From: the human T2T-CHM13v2.0 reference genome, Homo sapiens
NCBI RefSeq assembly: GCF_009914755.1
Contig: NC_060939.1
DNA: 64,000 nt
Reading direction: 5' to 3' (one strand)
This document shows positions 59,523-64,000 of this stretch, piece after piece. Under the pieces are notes generated by a model that had not been told where the DNA came from, did no database searches, and saw only the letters and a program-made list of their open reading frames with translations. Position numbers and translations under genes: made by a program. Each line of letters begins with the position of its first letter. Within the stretch, counting starts at the first letter, position 1.

Positions 59523-60887
59523 CCAATGACTTGTACTTCCTGGTTCAAGGTTATCCAAATGGTCAACGCTGAACCATAATTAAATGCAATCCTTACCCAG
59601 TGGGCATTAGGACCTTCATGTGGACCCTGGATGAACTGTGGGGTTGCCAGGATCTTGGGTCAGCGCTGGCACTCAGGATGGACAGAAAATGGAGGGAGGT
59701 CCTCCTTCTTCACCCTATGAAGGCAGCTGGGCTGCGGGCACCAGCACAGAGCAGGCAGTGTGTGTGGAGTGCAGTGTAGAGGCTGGGGTGCTACTGCAGG
59801 CCCCCCATCCCCCACCCTCAGCCCAGGCCCCCAGGCAGCCAGGCAGGGGCTTCCATGTTGGATGCACATGGAAGAGATCTCATGGCAGCCCCTGGAGTAG
59901 GTGGGTGCGTGGGTTCTGCCTAAAGGGGGCTGAGTGAGGGAGTTCTGGGGGCAGCCCACAAACTCTGAAAGCTGTGTGCAAAGAGGCTGAAGGCAGAGCC
60001 TGGCAAGGGGGCAGCTGCAGAATTGAGAGCAAAGAACACAAGCGGCTGCATTTGCAAGCACCCAAGGCAGTGGCAGAGGGCAGTGAGGGAGAGGATGAGC
60101 ACAGCGGGTGACACAGGTGGAAATGATGGGCTGATGGGAGGAAATGGAGCGGCTCTTAGACACGGTTCTGGTGGCCGGCCATGGGTAGGACAGCAGGATC
60201 TAGGGGTATCATCAGTCTCCAGAAGAGGCCTGGGCTGGGGGATTGATCTGCCCAGTCATCAGCACCATGGGAATGGCCGAATGTGCAGAGAGTAATTCTA
60301 AGGACAAGAGCCCAAGAATACGCATAGAGAGAGGGGTACAAGTACCATACCCAAGGAACTCAATAGCCCATACCTTGTCTACAAGGCTGTTCTGCAGGAA
60401 TTCCGGGGGTCAGCAGGGATGGCTCTGACTGGTCACTTTGTAGCAATAATCTTCACAGGTAAAACCATGGAGAGAGACAACAGGTGAAGAGAAATATACC
60501 ATGGGGTGCAGCTGGGGGATTCCATCTGGATCCCTCAAAGTGATGGGAAGGACCAGGAATAGCAAACTCACTCACTGCAAATTGTATATCCAAAGGAAAG
60601 AGAGATGGAAAAAAATTTCCATTTACCTAACGAAATAGCACATGCTCTAGTTGACCAATGCCCTGAACTACATACAATGCACACAGTGGCACGGAGTGGG
60701 GCTCTGTCCCTCGGGAGGCAGCCCTAGTGTTTAGGATGCCCACTCCAATGCTGCAGGTGCTGGTCTGCAGGCTACAGAGTGTTTGAGTGTGTGGATTCGT
60801 GGAGTGCCTGCCTGGGCAGAAAAGCCTCTCCTTAGCCAAGGGACATTAGGAAAAAGTGAAATTAATTCGTTGAAAAAGTAAACAAGA

Positions 60888-60947
60888 TGTGTGTGTCTCT
60901 CTCTCTCACACACACACACACAGACACGCACATACACACACACACAC
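60888..60947. repeat. (TG)(TC)(CA) compound microsatellite
   Basis: Direct reading. Confidence 0.9.
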
Positions 60948-63190
60948 CGAGTGGGGGATTCATTTATTTCTCTGCTCTTCCTTTCCCCGCTCCCAGCCCC
61001 ATCATCAAGTATAATGTCTTCACTATTCCGTTTAATGATTTAAACATGATTAGTGGAATGCAGATCAATGCAGACATGAATTCTTGGGGTAAAAATGCAG
61101 TATTTCAGCACTGTGGAAGAAAAACTAAACAGAAATGGAAGCTTGGGGAAACAGCTACATCTTGAATGAATAAATTCTACTTGATGAATGTGAAACATTA
61201 TTTTAGGAATTTTTAATATATCTAAATACTCCATTTCCACAGCAGAGCTTGGGTCACATTTTAGAAGATTGTCTTCCCTCTGTAACACTCTTCCAGAATT
61301 CCCCTCCAGAGTTAAGACTGTCCATTCCTCACCCAGGTGCCCTATTTAACCAAAAGGCCAAGGGCACCTCCTGGAGTCCCTGGGTTCCATTTCCTTTATG
61401 GCACTATCACCCAAAACAAAAACTGGGCTCAGAACTCTGAAAAACAGCTCTCCTCAGGAATCGTCACGCTGGCACTAATGCAATCTGAAAAGTACGCTTC
61501 ACTGATATAAACTTTCACTGGAAGGCATCCAGGCAACATGTGCTTTTTATCCACATTTTTAGAGGCTACAGGAGACACCTCTGTTTCTCACACTGCCAAC
61601 CTGTTACATTAGAACTATCTTGGTGTAATGGAGCAAATTATTTCATATAAACAGCATTTGCTTTACAATAAAAAACAATGCACCATTCCTGTGTACAAGG
61701 TAATTGACGGTAAAGAAGCAGGTAGAAGAAGAAATCTCCTTTCCGTGGCCTTTGTGTGTTGAAAAAAGTCTGGATCTCAGAGCCTGGGAAAGGATCTCAA
61801 TGTACTGTTTTCCTTGTACAACACAGCTTCTGGCTCCTAGTGCAACTTCCTGAACATCGGCCTAGGTTGTCACTGTTAGGATCTGGACACCAGAGTCTTC
61901 TTTCCGGGCCACTTTGGAGCCCTAGGGGTGGATGAGAGAGAAATGGAGGAGGTGGGTGCAGAGGGTACCATGCACCAAGGAAGGCCTTGGTCCTCCTGGA
62001 TCTGTTGTCGGTAAGATGGGGGTTTGGAACTCATTCTCTCCAAGGTTCTTGCCGACCTCAACCTGTGATTTGCAATCACACACTCTGACTGCTTCTGGTA
62101 AGGGCTTTTGGAGTCTTCTCAGTGCACCCCAGAAGCCTTCACAACCCAGTCCAGGACAAAGTGCTGGGATCTGCTCCCTCCAAGGAGGGAGCATGTCATC
62201 CTCAAACCAAGAAGAGAGTGCCTGGGGTGATTAACCAACAAGGATGGCAGAAGCAGACAGGCCAGCCGCGACAGCTGTCAGGAAATGACTCTTTCTGTAG
62301 TATCTGCCCCTCTGGTTTACAGAATCACTTAAAAATAAAGCAGCCATGCATCAATTTCACTCACATCAAGAGATTTCCCACTGTTTTCTTCACTTCCAGT
62401 AACACACACAATAAACATTTAACGTTCAAACTAGCTCGTATTTTATTTACATGTATATATGCATTTTTAAAATGGGGCTTCTTCTACAAAGTTAAGAAAT
62501 GGCTGTCTTTTGGAAATTAAGAGGAGAAAATCAACTTTACTATAGATTAAATTTCTGATTTAAAATAAAAAAAGTATAAAAAACCTAAATCAAGCCTCCC
62601 TGGCAGGTAGGCAGGCCCTCTACTCAATACTTAGAAGCGCTGGCAGGAGCCGGCGGGAGCTGTGGGAAGGTGGCTACCTGACTCCAGATCTGTGGGCTCC
62701 GCAGCCCCAGCACTCAGTGGTTCTTGAAGACACCACCACCTGGGAAAGACACTAACGAGGGATTTCTCACAGAAAACCACCGAAGTACAGCATATGGGGA
62801 GAAAAGATGAGCTAAAGTGAGTTATTGAAAGAGATCTTCTTTAATAAGATCAAGAAGCAAGAAAGAGCTTCTCAAATTGCCTTCTGTATTGGAGAAAGGG
62901 CAAAGGGAGCCTCTGAGTATTCCATCAACTTTGCTTGCCAAGTACATCTCTATAGAAAAGAGGGCTGTCATTGGATCTGATGGCTGGAGACGCTAGCCAC
63001 TGCCATTCAATGTCTTGCATGTTCATGTTCTAAAAAGTCAACAGCTTCTGTCAACTTTCCACAGGGGAAGGAATACAGTGACTGTAGGTACAAATATTCT
63101 TGATGTACTGAGCAGTTATATTTTGTATGGCAAATTTAGAAAGTGGGTTTATACATCGGCCTCTTGTTTAGTCAGTTAAATAATGGCCCT

Positions 63191-63680
63191 TGTGGCAAGC
63201 TGTGTTTTCTAAAGATGGTCCCAGCAATGTGTCTCTTCCACAATGTGACCTTTTCAGCCCTTCCAGTGAGAGGAGGGGTTCTGTGACCTATGCCCTTGCT
63301 TCTCAGTGGGCTCAGGACTGCTAGGATCAATAGAATACAGCAGACAGGATGCAGTGTGACTGCTAAGGATGGGTGATGCAGCCTCGTTCACTAGAACATG
63401 TACACTTGGAGTCCTGAAGCTCCATTTAAGAATGACCCCAAGGTCAGCATGCTGTGAGGAGGCCAAGCCACGTGTAGAGGCCACATGTGAGCACTCCAGT
63501 TAGCAGTCCCCATCTTTGAGTCATCCAGACCCAGCTCCAGAATAAGCCTCTGCATGAGCCCAGCCCCAGTCTTCAAGGCTTCTCAGCTGGGGTCCCAGAC
63601 ATCATGGACCACACAGGAGCCATCCCACTGCACCCTGTCTGAATCCAAGGTTGTATTAACCATTAAGTTTTGCAATCTCA
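63191..63680 (+). mobile_element. MLT1F/G/H-like LTR
   Basis: tgtggcaag...tctaaagatgg, catgctgtgaggaggccaagccac, gacatcatgga. Confidence 0.7.
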
Positions 63681-64000
63681 TTCATGCAAACATATTTTGA
63701 AACCTGACTGCACCAATGTATACATCTTCAAAGGTAATGCACACCCCAGGCTCAGATAGCACCTCTCCTTAAATTCCGTCAGTCACACTTCTTCTGACTG
63801 TTCACCTGGCATCCAGTGCCCCCTATGGCTGGACATGACATAGTGATTGCAGCCTCAGGGATGCCATCTCTGCTCGAGCCACACAAAGCCACTAATCTCA
63901 CCCATCATTGACTGATTTCACCATCATCCTATTCAGGGACACTTTCACTGCTTCCAATGAAAATGGCTGACTTTATCTACTATCAGATAAATACCCTCAC

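Noticed and set aside
60258-60278. REST/RE1-like tcagcaccatgg
   Set aside because: Only the left half-site matches; the GGACAG half is missing.
58047-60428. Cluster of 60-167 aa ORFs in a GC-richer region
   Set aside because: No homology recognised and ORFs occur in all frames, which points to a compositional effect.

Overview
Human genomic DNA, identified by a full-diagnostic AluYa5. The window is very repeat-rich (L1s of many ages, Alus, L2/MIR, MaLR LTRs, Tigger/Charlie/MER5 DNA transposons) and I found no intact protein-coding exon. The main gene-like feature is a ~4.2 kb, near-full-length, intronless processed pseudogene of DEPDC1 (long isoform) on the minus strand at ~46302-50500, inserted with target-site duplications (TSDs) into an old L1. 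From memory this is probably DEPDC1P1 in an OTUD7A intron at 15q13.3, which I cannot verify here. The most interesting details are: (1) a 33-nt in-frame, intron-like segment in the retrocopy that looks like a fossil of an alternative 3' splice acceptor of DEPDC1; (2) a 69-bp mitochondrial ATP6 fragment (micro-NUMT) interrupting an L1; (3) loss of the native ATG plus a new in-frame upstream ATG, leaving a 235-aa DEP-domain ORF; (4) an apparent L1PB 3' transduction; (5) a young AluYa5. I see no evidence for a wholly new biological system. Repeat subfamily calls and parent-gene comparisons come from recalled consensus sequences, and boundaries of old repeats are approximate.
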